Numbered from the stretch's first letter, positions 1 through 13,602 are shown. The stretch: 64,000 nt of DNA from Octopus sinensis (GCF_006345805.1 NC_043001.1:92380001-92444000), one strand, 5' to 3'. Notes: generated from the sequence alone by a model not told the origin. Program-made: numbers and translations.

Positions 1-210
1 TGATGGAAGTGCAGCAACTGTAGTAGCAAAGGTGAAATCAATAGGGAAGCAAACTGTGTTTGAACAATTGATTGATATGTGGGAACAAAAACCTCTGCAT
101 GGCAAATATGTGGCCGTAGCAAACAAACTGATGTAGATCAGAAGCACACTCATCAGTGATTACGGAGCTCAGAGAATGAAGGCGTTATCTTGGCCGCTAA
201 AGATCATGAC
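1..210 (+). mobile_element. R4/Dong-like retrotransposon fragment
   Basis: Degenerate WEQKPLHGKYVA...HQ*LRSS, matching the other copies in the window. Confidence 0.7.
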
Positions 211-367
211 TTTGTAAATGAACAATCTGGTGTGTTTATTTTAATGGCCTACCAATGTATATCGTGCGTTTCTCTGCCCTACGTGTCTGGAAGACACTTG
301 GTAGGAAATGGACACAGAATTGAAAGATGGTAATGAAAATGATGATAATAATAATAATTGCAGTACT

Positions 368-925
368 AAATGCCCTGATGCAGTACTAGGCAGTGGCTCT
401 CATGGCTTCTGATCTTAACTGATTGGAAGTGTCATCATGTACATTGTTTTGTTTTGGTATAAAAGATGGGCTACAGCAAATATTCTGCTCAATACCACAG
501 ATTTGCTTGTCAGTTGTTTGACCTTAACCAGTTGAGCATGTCCCTTAGTGGCTGACGATATGTGCATCTCTGATCACGAGCAGAAGTAGTGGGGGAGCAT
601 CATAGCCGTGTGTTGAGAGGGATTCTTTGGGGTTTGAATAATTCACCTCTGGAAACATGGGTGTTTCGTTCAACATCCTTAAACAACCCTTATTCAGGGA
701 CCGTTTGAGCGGGATGGGCTACTCAACCTGAAGAAAATTCTAACTGGGCTCCACCTGCAAGGTCATGCGCTGTTTATCTTGTTATGAGATCACCATGTCG
801 TGCACATATGGTTGTGATGCATGTGCCTGGTGTACCCTTATCAGACGGGTAGTCATGATGGGTATACTGGGCTTCGTATATTTTACCCCAGTGTCACTTT
901 GATGGCATGAACTGCTCTCTCACTC

Positions 926-992
<67 letters not shown>
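368..992 (+). mobile_element. ~560-bp non-coding interspersed element with (AAT)n tail
   Basis: Near-identical inverted copy at 3583-4140. Diverged or partial copies at ~1430-1520, 1692-2150, 46550-46910 and 57366-57425. Ends ...ctctctcactc(aat)n. Confidence 0.75.
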
Positions 993-993
<1 letters not shown>

Positions 994-1029
994 CAGTCAA
1001 TGATAATAATAATAACATTACCATTCAGC

Positions 1030-1430
1030 GCACGCCACAAACCCAGATAGAATATAAGAGGCGTCATGACAACATAGCAAGGATTGTGCATTTGACACTT
1101 TGCAACAAATATGGACTTGACAGAACAATAATGTGGTATGAAGAGGGAAATACGAAGTTTGTGGTCAATGAGGAGAGTAGACGAGATACCAATAGTAATT
1201 GGCGCACTTGGAAGTATCAGCACTCAACTACCAGCATGGCTGAGAAAGATTGGTGGACGTATGAAGGTAGAACACCTACAAAAATCAGCATTGCTTGGAA
1301 CTGCAAGAATTCTTCACAGGGTTCTTGAAGGATGACTAATAAACAAGTGTCACCTTAGTCTGCTGACTGCAGACAGCTGACGCTTTCCATCATAACCAGC
1401 AAAATAAACTGTGAGTTTTCATATAATAAT
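1030..1430 (+). mobile_element. R4/Dong-like 3' fragment
   Basis: EYKRRHDNIA...IPIVIGALG...LQKSALLGTARILHRVL (RLE C-terminus) and a taataat tail. Confidence 0.75.
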
Positions 1431-1529
1431 GATCAGAGATGCACATATCGTCGGACACTAAGGGACACGCTTAACTGGTTAAGGTCAAACAAAAACTGAC
1501 AAGTAAATCTGTGGTATGCACATATCCTC

Positions 1530-1530
1530 A

Positions 1531-1571
<41 letters not shown>

Positions 1572-1690
1572 CACCACCATCACCACCACCACCACCACCA
1601 CCAACACCACCACCACCACCACCATCACCACCACCACCACCACCACCACCACCAACACCACCACCACCACCACCACTACTACTACTACTT
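1530..1690. repeat. (CTA)n/(CCA)n microsatellite
   Basis: Directly visible trinucleotide repeats. Confidence 0.9.
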
Positions 1691-2169
1691 TTGAGTGAGA
1701 GAACAGTGCATGCCATAAAAGTGACACTGGAATATAAATATATGAAGCCCAATATACCCACCATGATAAGGGCATACCAGGCAATTGTATCACAATCATA
1801 TGTACGCGGCATGGTAATCTCATATCAAGATAAACAGTACAAGACTTTAATAAAGTTTGTTTGAGAATGATAATCAAAACATCCATGTCTGCAGAGGTAA
1901 ATTATTCAAATCCAAAAGAATTATTGTCAACATGTGGCTATGATACCCCTTCACTACTGCTCACGATCAGAGATGTACAAATGCTCAACTGGTTATGGTC
2001 GAATAACTTAAAAGCAAATCTCTTATATGAGCAGAATATCTGGTGCAGACCATCTTTTTACCAAGAGAAAACATGTACATGATAACATTTCCAATTAGCT
2101 AAGATTAGAAACCACAAGAACCACTCCCTGGTACTGCATCAGAGCATCTGTTTGTCGTTGTTGTTGTTA

Positions 2170-3555
2170 TTAATTTTTTCCTTCTTTCTTCAAATTTTCT
2201 TCCGTTTCTCGCCGAGTGTTTTCCGTACACCTAGAGCAGAGAAGCTCATTGTATGCATTCCCAGATTACACGAGCAAATTCACAGATAAAATATGTATTT
2301 AAGAAATTTATAAATAAATAAATTCATGGGTGAATGTTGTTTTCACAGCGATAATGCTCTTCTCAGTACATGAGTCGTTCCAGTTAACACGATTTTTTGC
2401 ACTTCCTGTAGGGATGGTAAGCTTGGTATCCTTTTCAAATAGGTTTCAGTGCCTTCTTTTTATCATTCCTAGAGATCCTACAATCATTGCTACTGTAGTC
2501 GCCTTGAGATGCCACATTTTTTCAATTTCTATTAGCAAGTCTTTATATTTACTGATCTTGTCAAATTCTTTCGCCGTTATATTGTGATCGCAAGGAATAC
2601 TCATGTCAATTGATGAACACACCTTTTTGTCTGATCTTTTATAATAATATCCGGTTTATTAGCTTTTATGGTTTTGTCGGTATGTACGGGGAAGTCCTAG
2701 AGAATCGACACATTTTCTCCCTCAGTCACAGCTTTAGGATGGTGTTTATACCATTTGTCAGCGGTTTGGATTTTATAACGCCAACATGTCCAGTGTAAAT
2801 ACTGGCCGACTCTGTCATGTCTTGCTTTATATCCTACAGGTGCTAAGACTCTACACCCTGAGATTAGGTGGTCTATAGTTTCGATCTCATCATTACAGAA
2901 TCGGCATTTTGGGTCAGCTCCATTTTTTATCATAATAGCTTGGTAGTTCCGGGTTAATATACTTTGATCTTGAGCAGCTAATATGAAACCTTCACTCTCT
3001 GCTTTTAGCCCTGAGCTTCGTAACCATTGATGCGTGTGTTTCTGGTTGACATCAGCTTGTTTGCTACGGGCCACATACTTGCCATGCAGAGGTTTCTGTT
3101 CCCATCTGCTAGCTAATTTTTTATGCGCTTTTGTCTTTGCAATCAATTTTGTTTTCTTTGCAGCAGCAGTTGGCGCATTTCCTTCATCATGATCAATCTG
3201 GTTGGTATCTAAGACATCAGTAGCGAACTTTTTGCTCTCTTTCAGAATAGAGTGAAGTTTTTTCGGTTTTTCAGGTTTTTGAACAAGATTTAGCATCCAA
3301 TCGTTGGTTGTTTCAAGGTATTTGGCCAGTCCGATTGTGGTGGTTTTGTACGTAAGTTCAAGCTGGATCAAGCCTCGAACTACCTGAGCTCTGGGAAGGT
3401 AAAGACGATCCACGTCTGCCTTTGGATGGTGCATCTTATTACAAGTCAGTAGCTTGTGGATTTTTTGTCAATTTTCATTATTTCACTAGTATTCCATCTA
3501 AGCACATTGAAGCTATAAAGAACAACTGGGACTGCTAAGAATTTATGGCTAATAT
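2170..3555 (-). mobile_element. R4/Dong-like RLE non-LTR retrotransposon, 5'-truncated (family A)
   Basis: MHHPKADVDRLYLPR..., CRFC-x8-H-x4-C zinc finger, RHD motif and KPDII endonuclease region; paralog at 53720-54968. Confidence 0.9.
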
Positions 3556-3582
3556 AATAACATAATAATTTTTATTATTATT

Positions 3583-4136
3583 GAGTGAGAGAGCAGTGCA
3601 TGCCATCAAAGTGACACTGGGGTAAAATATACGAAGCCCAGTATACCCATCATGACTACCCGTCTGATAAGGGTACACTAGGCACATGCATCACAACCAT
3701 ATGTGTGCGACATGGTGATCTCATATCAAGATAAACAGCACATGACCTTGCAGGTGGGGCCCACTTAGAACTTTCTTCAGATCGAGTAGCCCATCCCGCT
3801 CAAAAGGTCTCTGAATAAGGATTGTTTAAGGATGTTGAACGAACCACCCATGTTTTCGAAGGTGAATTATTCAAACCCCAAAGAATCCGTCTCAACACAT
3901 GGCTATGATGCACCCCCACTACTTCTGCTCGTGATCAGAGATGCACATATCGTCAGCCACTAAGGGACATGCTTAACTGGTTAAGGTCAAACAACTGACA
4001 AGCAAATCTGTGGTATTGAGCAGAATATTTGCTGTAGCCCATCTTTTATACCAAGACAAAACAATGTACATGATAACACTTCTAATCAGTTAAGATCAGA
4101 AGCCATGAGAGCCATTGCCTGGTACTGCATCAGGGC

Positions 4137-4140
<4 letters not shown>
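3583..4140 (-). mobile_element. Copy of the ~560-bp (AAT)n-tailed element
   Basis: Reverse complement of 368-925, flanked by (ATT)n. Confidence 0.8.
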
Positions 4141-4177
<37 letters not shown>

Positions 4178-4179
<2 letters not shown>

Positions 4180-5101
4180 TAGTTTTATTTTTATAGCGTG
4201 CTTTCACTTCACTACCGAGCGCAGCTCTGTGTGCCTTGGGTATGTGCTGTGATTTGTTGTGATGCTCTGATGGTTATTGTATGGAAAGTGTTCTGCGTAG
4301 GATGTGTGCAGTGCCTAGTAGTGCAATTTTCTGTATGTTATATGTGTTTGTAAGTCCTGGTGTTTTTGTTATGTATTTGTCTGAATATTTTTTTATCGTG
4401 CCTAATGCACCTACTATGATAGGAATTGTTTCTGTTTTCAGGTTCCACATTCTAGTTACCTCTATTTCCAGGTCTTTGTATTTTGAGACTTTCTCCATTT
4501 CTTTTAGAGACACGTTGTCATCTGCCGGTATTGATACATCAATTAGAAAGCATTTTTTTTCTTCATGATCTCTGACAACTATATCTGGTCTGTTGGCCTT
4601 AATTTCTCTATCTGTATGTATCGGCATATCCCAGAGTATGGTTGCTTTCTCGTTTTCTGTGACCTTTTCTGGTGTGTGCCTATACCATCTTTTTTCTGTT
4701 GTTATTCCATAATGTTGGCATAGCTTCCAATGTATGTAGGTTCTAACTCTGTCATGTCTGTGAATATATTCCTTCTTAGCCAGGACTGGGCAGCTAGAGA
4801 TAATATGATTTATTGTTTCTTGTCCATCTCCACATATTCTGCAGTTACTTGTAATATTTCTTTTCATTACATGTTTTTGGTAATTTCTGGTGGGGAGGCT
4901 TTGGTCTTGTGCTGCAATTAAAAATCCCTCTGTCTCTGCTTTGAGTCCTGAGCTTCTCAACCATTGCTGTGATTTTTCTTTGTCTATTTCTTTTGCGTTT
5001 AGTTTAGTGCAGTATTTACCATGAAGGGGTTTTTCTTGCCATCGTTTTATCATGGCTCGTTGCTGTTCTATTTTTAGTTTGGATTTCATTTGTTTTATAG
5101 C

Positions 5102-5102
<1 letters not shown>
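4178..5102 (-). mobile_element. R4/Dong-like retrotransposon, 5'-truncated (family B), intact C-terminal ORF
   Basis: ORF 4274-5089: CRIC..H..C finger, RHD, RPDIVV...IDVSIP..K..KY RLE motif; (ATT)n on both sides. Confidence 0.92.
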
Positions 5103-5160
<58 letters not shown>

Positions 5161-5163
<3 letters not shown>

Positions 5164-5810
5164 CAGTCTTATTTTCATCACGTGCTTTCATTGCACTACT
5201 GAGCGCATCGCTGTATGCCTTGGATATGTCCTATGGTTTGTTGTGGTGCTCTTATTTTCATTATATTGAAAGTATTTACGTAGGATGTGTGCGATACCTA
5301 GTAGTGCTATTTTCCTATTTCTTTACTGCCCACAAGGGGCTACACACAGAGGGGACAAACAAGGACAGACAAACTGATTAAGTCGATTATATCGACCCCA
5401 GTGCGTAACTGGTACTTAATTTATCGACCCCGAAAGGATGAAAGGCAAAGTCGACCTCGGCAGAATTTGAACTCAGAACGTAACGGCAGACGAAATACGG
5501 CTAGGCATTTCGCCCGGCGTGCTAACGTTTCTGCCTGCTCGCTTTTTAGTGCTATTTTCTGTGTGCTACATATACTTTTAAGTCCTGATATTTTTGTTAT
5601 GTATTTGTCTGAATGTTTTTTTCTTTATCATATCTAATGCTCCTTCTATAATAGGAATTGTTTCTGCTTTTAGGCTCAACATTCGAGTTACCTCTATTTC
5701 CAGATCTTAGTAATTTGAAAGTATCTCCGTTTCTTTTAGAGAAACGTTGTCATCTGTTGGTACTAATACGTCGTTATTGGTATAGATATATCGTGTCGGC
5801 ATTGATACAT
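5161..5810 (-). mobile_element. Older family-B Dong-like 3' fragment split by a SINE-A copy (5313-5545, minus strand)
   Basis: Diverged match to the 3' end of 4178-5102; the SINE is flanked by duplicated tagtgctattttc. Confidence 0.75.
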
Positions 5811-5857
5811 CGTTATTATTAGTATTGTTGTTGTTGTCGTTGTTATTGTTATTATTA

Positions 5858-5919
<62 letters not shown>

Positions 5920-6329
5920 GTCATTTCCGTCCTTACTTACTTGTACTTGTGGTGACATTCACCCTGGGCGGGTTGAGTCGGCTTCTTCTACCACCCTCGA
6001 GGCATCTCGAACCATGGCAGTGGAAGAAGTTTCGTGGGAATATGGAATTCACAAGCGGTCCCCAACAATCCCGCATGTAGAGACATCCTGTTTGCCGCAG
6101 ATTGTCCGCAGACGCAGGGACAGAACGACCGAGGAGCCGCCGGTTACCAAAACAGACACTCCGAGGATTTTCACTCGGTGTCAGACCAATCCGCCTTGGG
6201 TGGCCCCACCAGGAACCGAAGTTCCCGACGGCATAGCTCTGACACTACCCGTTGCCAGCGTCCCCACCACGGTGAGGGGGCGGATGGACTCTCCGTCCAT
6301 CGATCAATGTCAGTAAGGACAGGTAAATA

Positions 6330-6412
6330 AATAGATCAACAGTTAGAAATCAAAAAATTAGTCACATTAACATAAGATATGTAAAATTTCCCTCTGCTGA
6401 ACACTTCCTGCT

Positions 6413-6460
<48 letters not shown>

Positions 6461-6873
6461 TTTCTATTTCTTTATCTCTCACTTCCACTAAACACATAAC
6501 AGTTTAACCATTGGCTGGCTCTCCTCACCCCTCTCTCTATTTGTCTTTCTTTAACCGCACCTCAAGAAAATCTCTGTTCTGCTAAACAATGCATTTCTAA
6601 TTCTCTTTCTCTATGCCATTCACTTCAACTAATTTTTTAACCACGTAATAAATATTACGCTTCCCTTCCCTCACGTCATTGACACTTCCCTCTTTCTCTC
6701 CTTTTCTCTCTCCCTCTTTCTTTCTCCGTCTTTCTTAATCACTCTTCCCTTTTATTTTTTTTCTGTCTCTCTCTTTCTCTTTCTCTCTCTCTCTCTATCG
6801 CTCTCTGCCTTTCCCTTCAACTAATCACGTGACTGCGTAACGCATTTCGGCCTCAGCGTATTAATATATAGAT
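6330..6873 (+). mobile_element. Probable HINE/Helitron-like non-autonomous element with (CT)n tracts
   Basis: Ends ...taatatatagat like the copies at 27290-27619 and 42835-43245; low-complexity interior. Confidence 0.35.
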
Positions 6874-7040
6874 TTACTTTATATTCTGGAGTTGGTCTTA
6901 TTATTTCATTGCACGAGATCCATTGAATATATTCCAATCACTTATTGGTAATGATTCATTATAAACTCCTAGAAACATTTGGCATATTGGCGATCTCGTT
7001 TCGAATCTCAGTTGAGAACTATTCACTTTAGTTATGCTAA

Positions 7041-7443
7041 AGGCGGCGAGCTGGCAGAAACGTTAGCGCGCCGGGCGAAATGCTCAGTGGTATTTTGCCT
7101 GCCGTTACGTTCTGAGTTCAAATTCCGCCGAGGTCGACTTAGCCTTTCATCCTGTCGGGGTCGATAAATTAAGTACCAGTTACGCACTGGGGTCGATATA
7201 ATCGACTTAATCCGTTTGTCCCCACTGTGTTTAGCCGCTTGTGGGTAGTAAAGAAATAGGTATTTCGTCTGTCGTTACGTTCTGAGTTCAAATTCCACCG
7301 ATGTCGACTTTGCCTTTCATCCTTTCAGGGTCGATAAATAAAGTACCAGTTTCGCACTGGGGTCGATGTAATCGACTTAATTCCTTTGTCTGTCCTTGTT
7401 TGTCCCCTCTATGTTTAGCCCCTTGTGGGCAGTAAAGAAATAT
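7041..7443 (+). mobile_element. SINE-A (tRNA-like head, central gcctttcatcctttcggggtcgataaa domain) with tandem 3' duplication
   Basis: ggcggcgagctggcagaaacgttagc...gagttcaaattcc (A/B-box-like); ~21-bp TSD tattcacttta(g/t)ttatgctaa. Confidence 0.85.
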
Positions 7444-7568
7444 ATTCACTTTATTTATGCTAAGACTACAGGAAAAGCTTGGCAGATATTACCTTTGTGT
7501 TTGTGTAAACTATACTCATTCTTTCTGTTATGGTTAATTTGGTTATGTTCTTTTTATTTCTTTTTCAG

Positions 7569-7868
7569 AGAAATCCTATTCGTTTACTATTCCGGGCAGA
7601 ACTTATTTTGCCCATGTGAATGGCAATGTAATTGTCAGTTGCTCTTTTTATGATGGTGATTTCCTGCAGCAATGGGTGGAAAACGGTCCGATAGCTTCTT
7701 GTAATGAAGTCCACCCACTCAACCACGATGGATACAAGATTGAAGAGGTTACCTGCAAAGGGAACGTTGCTTCTATGAAAGTGACACTCCTTAAAATCAA
7801 AACGCTTAATTTCATTTGTTATTCTAATGCATGTGTTAATACCAATTTGACACTTCTGCCACTCTACA
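7569..7868 (+). CDS. Exon: Ig-like domain A1 of a putative multi-Ig type I membrane protein
   Basis: Pyrimidine-rich acceptor (ttttttcag|AG) and donor TACA|gtaagt. 300 nt, phase 1-1, open frame: KSYSFTIPGRTYFAHVNGNVIVSCSFYDGDFLQQWVENGPIASCNEVHPLNHDGYKIEEVTCKGNVASMKVTLLKIKTLNFICYSNACVNTNLTLLPLY. B-strand Cys, C-strand Trp and F-strand Cys pattern; sequon NLT. Confidence 0.75.
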
Positions 7869-8948
7869 GTAAGTGCACACTTCATTTATAAACAAGGAGT
7901 GTCACAGGTGACGCGTAATTTGGACGCAAAGGGTCATAAGTTATGAGCGGTGACATAATTTTCGGGAAGCAATACGCGTTTGCTTGAGAATGTCAGTGAA
8001 ACATTGATATGCTAATTGACATCATTGAAACAGCTCAAATGTAATGGAGTGTTGAATATTCGGTAAATTAACGAAACGTTTGTTAAAATTTGAATATTCT
8101 GGATTCACTTATTGTACTTTTTCTTATAAAATCCTCACCTAGTTTCATAATTCGTATTTACTGCTTAAATTGTTTCCTCTGATCACATCATATCCAATAA
8201 GCTAACACGATTCTAGTTCTCTGTGCTTACGACATTTTGTAGCACTTGGATATATGAGTATTTACTGATGTGTAGACAGAGCCATTATAATATAAGTTTC
8301 TGATAAAAATTTTATATAAAGTAGCAGTAACTAATATACAGACATTGGCAACAATCTGCCAAATAGGAATGCGTTCGAGCGAAGAATGAACGCTTTTTGG
8401 TGTTTCTTTCCCTCAAATTGATCTATGACGTACAGTTTCTATTTGTAATTGCTATTATTTCATAAGTTATTCATATTCTTAGGCTTAATTCTCGGGAATA
8501 TTTTGCATAAGAATAGAAACGCCATGATAGGGGTGAGTGACATACTGTTAGCATATAACAGTAATACTTATGATATTTAAACTTACAGAGAAATATGACA
8601 AGCTCATTTAGTGTGAACTGTAATGAGTTCATCTCACAAGCATCTGGTACGAATTTGGATCCAGTCAATATGACCGTTTTTTTTTCTCTCTTTCACATTT
8701 CTATCTATAATGTAAATTTGTTTCCTGATAATCTATACACTCACACATTCATACACACATTCAACTCACCCATATTAATTTACCACTGCACAGAAACGGT
8801 AACGGACATTTAGTGATACCCGAGTTGTCAATAGTATGTGTATGTTGGTGTGAGTGTATACATACATGTATAAGTTCGTATATAAATATAAATATTAATA
8901 TATATATATACATATATTTTTTGTGTGTATATGTATGTATACATATAT

Positions 8949-9003
<55 letters not shown>

Positions 9004-9005
<2 letters not shown>

Positions 9006-9166
9006 CGTAGGAGTGACTGTGTGGTAAGTAGCTTGTTTACCAACTACATGGTTCCGGGTTCAGTCCCACTACGTAGTACCTTGGGCAAGTGTCTTCTACT
9101 ATAGCCTCAGGTCAACCAAAGCCTTGAGAATAGATTCGGTAGACGGAAACTGAATGAAGCCCGTCG

Positions 9167-9231
<65 letters not shown>

Positions 9232-9455
9232 ATGTGTGCGTGTGTTTGTTTGTGCATCTGTGTTTGTTCCCCCAAACATCACTTGACAACAGATGCTGGT
9301 GTGTTTACGTCCCCGTAACTTAGCGGTTCGGCAAAAGAGGCCGATAGAATAAGTACTAGGCTTACAAAGAATAAGTCCTGGGGTCGATTTGCTCGACTAG
9401 AGGCGATGCTCCATCATGGCCACAGTCAAATGACTGAAACAAGTAAAAGAGTAAA
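9004..9455 (+). mobile_element. SINE-B (tRNA-like head, CORE-like ccttgggcaagtg box, internal (TA)n(TG)n)
   Basis: Further copies at 23659-24035 (+), 24158-24530 (-) and 26183-26645 (+). Confidence 0.85.
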
Positions 9456-11949
9456 GGAGATATACATACATATAAATTCAGGAGATACAAGGAAGATGTT
9501 CAACTCAGACAGACTACGATTGGTGTATATATATACGGATTTAATAAAAAGAATCGTCTAAAACATTTATAAATACATCCAAAATATAGTTATAGAAATA
9601 TATATATGAATGTTAAAAATATGCAAGGACGAATATATATATACATATATAAATATAAGGGAGTATAGATAACAATATAGATGAGGACAATAAAATATAG
9701 AATAAAATATACAAAGACATTTCGTTTAAAAATTATGGAATGCAGGGAATAATAAATGTTTATAAAGAGTCTACTGATTAACATGTACTCTCTGACAAAA
9801 CGGGTAATATTTATTCAATGCCAGATGATACCTATAATAAATTCATTTCGAAGGAATTAAATACCAACTATAAACATGCAAAGGATACCGCACTCGAGTA
9901 TATTAATGAACTACACTATAAACTCATCTCATGGTTGAACCTACAAAGCAGGATTGAACCATACGCTCCAAGAACCCCCCTTTTTACGTTAAAAGACCAT
10001 AAAACGAATTTCCACTCCAAACCATCCATCAGACTGATATGTCCTACGAAATCCCATTTGGGAAAAATTAGCAAACCCATACTGGATAGAATAATACCGG
10101 TGTTCAAAAATAATGTTAAAATCCCTCTATGGAATTAAACAGGTGACGTTATAACATAGTTCCATTGCCTCCCGAATAGGTATAAGACTCGTTTTATACA
10201 ATTCCCACATTTCGAATTATTATGCTACTAGCTCCCCGATATTATTAAATAAGGCACTGATATTTGCCCAGGACTTTGTCAACATCTCTCGATCTGATAT
10301 TGATATTATCCTAACCACAAGAAAAACGTTGATAATTGGATTAGAAGCAACCCGACGAACAATTTTGATATCACTATGGGCTCATCAGATTCAGCCTAGG
10401 TGACAGACCTAGTGGGTCTCAATCAAATTAAGAAAAGCTACCCAAACGTATCTGGTGGGCTATATAGGGATGACGCTCTATTAGCAGTAAATGGATCATC
10501 TAAACCGGAGATTAAACGAATTAAAAAATCACTAAGAACATTTCTTTTGAATTTCTTTAATCTCAATAATTTCTTTAATCTCAATTCAAGACTGACACAA
10601 AAATAGCCAACTTTCTGGACGTCACATTAAATCTAAACACAAAATTATACTACCCGTACAATAAACCAGATCAAACATTGTAGTATATTAACGTCTCTTC
10701 TAATCATCCGAAATTAACTCTCGATAGTATTATCACCGCCATCTCCATTAGAATATCCAATCTATCAGCAAACGAGATCTTCAATGCACACGCACTAACT
10801 TAAAATTAAGCAGCTTCCAGGACCATATTTTCTACATCCCGGACACCAAACGCAAAACTAAATTAGCTAATTGACACATCATAGTAATTCTGACATGAGC
10901 AAACTACCCCACCTCATTAAATTATAAACATATAAGAAGACCTGTCATTAACTCTACTAAATGCTATAATCTTAACACTAGAAATTTTAATAAACATGCT
11001 CCCTCCGTACCCAAACACCTGGATGGAGTAAATCACTCTAAATCTAGGAAAAGACAAATTATATGGTTCGCCCCCACCCCATTTTCCCTAAGAGTTAAAA
11101 ATCTTCCAAAACAGTTTTTCAAAAATCTAAATTTCCCCATGCATCATAAAAACTGCCCTATAATTTACTAAAAATACTATAAAATTATCTTACTCTACCA
11201 CACCGAACTTGGATTCAATTATCGCATCTACAAACAGAAATAAAATTAACTTCAAATTAATGAAAGCCCAGATCATAGGATACCTCACACCCAAATAACA
11301 ATAATAAAACTAAAAGTATAAATAGGAAGCCGAAAAGTTGCAATAGTAGGGACCCTGGATTATGTCCGCTCACGGGATCATGTCTATGCAAAAATGTAAT
11401 ATATAAATGTAGAGTGAAAAATAAAAAACAACAAACTAGGGTATATATAGGGAGTACCAAAGACTTTAAAAAACGGTATAGAATACTTGTGAATTCCTTT
11501 AAGTTAAAACATAGAAACTCAATAGCGTTAACAAGATATATACACAATTTAAAATTGTAAAACATTAATTATACATTGTGTTGGTTGATCATAGGTGATG
11601 CCCCGCCATACAATACCATTACCATTACCAGTAGATGTCGACTGTGTATAAAAGAATCGTACATAATCCTTCGCACTTTTAATTCTAATGTTTTTAAATA
11701 AGTTCTCTGAAGCTATTCATTCACGTAACCATAGATATCATTCAACTTTTAAGAGTAAATTTAAATTCGAACCCGCATAGTAACATTTTCTATAGTACAA
11801 TTTATTGCCGCTTGATTATAATTTTAAAAATAAAAAATAAAAAACTCCCACCAGCCTTCTTAATATTTCCACAACACGTTTGTTTCTTGTATAACATATA
11901 AATTAATTAATACTTCCAAAACAAACACATTTCTGGTGCAAGCAATACG

Positions 11950-13590
11950 CTTCTCTATCAGAGACTGGTTGTTTCATAGTTTTGTGTCGTCGAAATTTTA
12001 TGTAGGTGTTCATTTGAACACTTTTTCTGAACTGTTTGTGCTGCTTTGAAGTAGCTTCTTGTCAAATGGTGTTGTACGAGAATTGCAGCTCTTCGGGGCT
12101 GTCTTCCTCGGAAGAGGAACTTTGAAGAGTAGTGAGGAAGATTGGTGCAAACATTGACAATAAGAAACGTTATTCAAGAGGTACAGAAGTAAAAAAAAAG
12201 AACAAAAAAAAAACAAGAAAGTAAATCCATCAAAATTGAAAATCTACGAGTTGTGCAGAGAGGGTGGCAATGCCACCACCTAAAGATATCATTAAATGAA
12301 TACTGGAGAAAGCAATTATTTATAAAATATATCCAATTGAAGAGAGAAAAATTGAAATAATGTCACCAGACAAAATAGAAAAAGCCCTGAAACCAATCTG
12401 GCGAGGTATCACATATCTTGCCAGAGGAAACCGATTCGGCACAGTGGAGGTTCACTTCAGAGAGGCAGCCATGGCGAAACAATACTCAGCAACCCCGCTA
12501 AGAACTGAGAGTGTGGTATTTCTACCCACACACCTTGGAAGGAGAGCTTCCAGGGTGAGGGTGGAGAGGATTCCATCTAAAATCCACGTGGCTTGGGTGG
12601 CGGCTGCTATACTTCTGGGTAACGAGGATGAAATCGCAGTGCTCCAGGCCACTACATCAGCAGCATTAAATTGGAAAGGCCAAACTTTGGATTTAATAAT
12701 ACTGGCATCGGTGGAGAGTCTGGAAATCATGGTGGAAACGGTGACAGTCGAGGACGCTGTGTTGAGAGTCAGGGTGGAGATCAGAATCCCTCGATGCTTT
12801 AAATGTAGCCTGAAGGGCCACATCAGATCTGACTGCACTTCACCAACCGAGAAGAACCAGGAGAAATCAGGTAAGAACCAGTGAGAGAGGAGAAGGACTT
12901 ACTAACAGAAGTGAAGGAGGACGACGAATCATGGAAAGTCGCAGAAAACAAAAATCAAAGAAGAAAGAAGGCGCGTCAGACAGAGTTAAAACCCCAACCC
13001 ACACCCACCTACACATTCTCAACCCCACCATACACCCGCAAACCCCGAACCTACGCATTCCTTCCTTCAAAAATAAACAAAGGAAAAAAGAAAACACTAG
13101 CACACAAGAATCCCCAAACTTCCTCCTCCCAGACAAAAACAAATGTACAGAATTATGTATGACGATGCTAATGAGGATTTGTGCAATGAGGTAATAACTT
13201 GGACAGATCTTAAAAAAGTAGAAACAAGGGGTTCTATAACATTAACGGTTGGCACGCTTGCATACTGCTTTCAGAGGAACGAAAAAAGAAAGTGTCAAGA
13301 TGCAAAGGTGGATATTGGATGTGGGAAGTGGAGATGGATAGAAATATGCTGCCAGTCTTCGTAACTTATGACGAGCTGTTGGAGAATTATGGGATAGATA
13401 TTTTGGAGGGAACAGGATTCAGAAGGAATTAAAGGAAGAAATGGAGTTTCTCTAAGCTTCATTGTATTTTTTCCATTTTCATTTGTCATTTCATGTTCTC
13501 ATACGCTGCTTTGGTTTTTTTCCTTGTTTTGTATCCCCACATGTGATGTATTGTTCCATCTGTATTCGCCCCTAGTGGGCAATAAAAAAT
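11950..13590 (+). mobile_element. Internally deleted Tx1/L1-like non-LTR element: gag-like ORF1 with CCHC knuckle plus 3' tail
   Basis: ORF 12360-12884 contains CFKCSLKGHIRSDC (C-x2-C-x4-H-x4-C); the element ends gcccctagtgggcaataaaaaa. Confidence 0.6.
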
Positions 13591-13602
13591 CAAAGCACTA
13601 CT

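Noticed and set aside
1485-1886. Pro-, Thr-, Val- or Gly-rich ORFs
   Set aside because: Artefacts of the (CCA)n/(CTA)n repeat.
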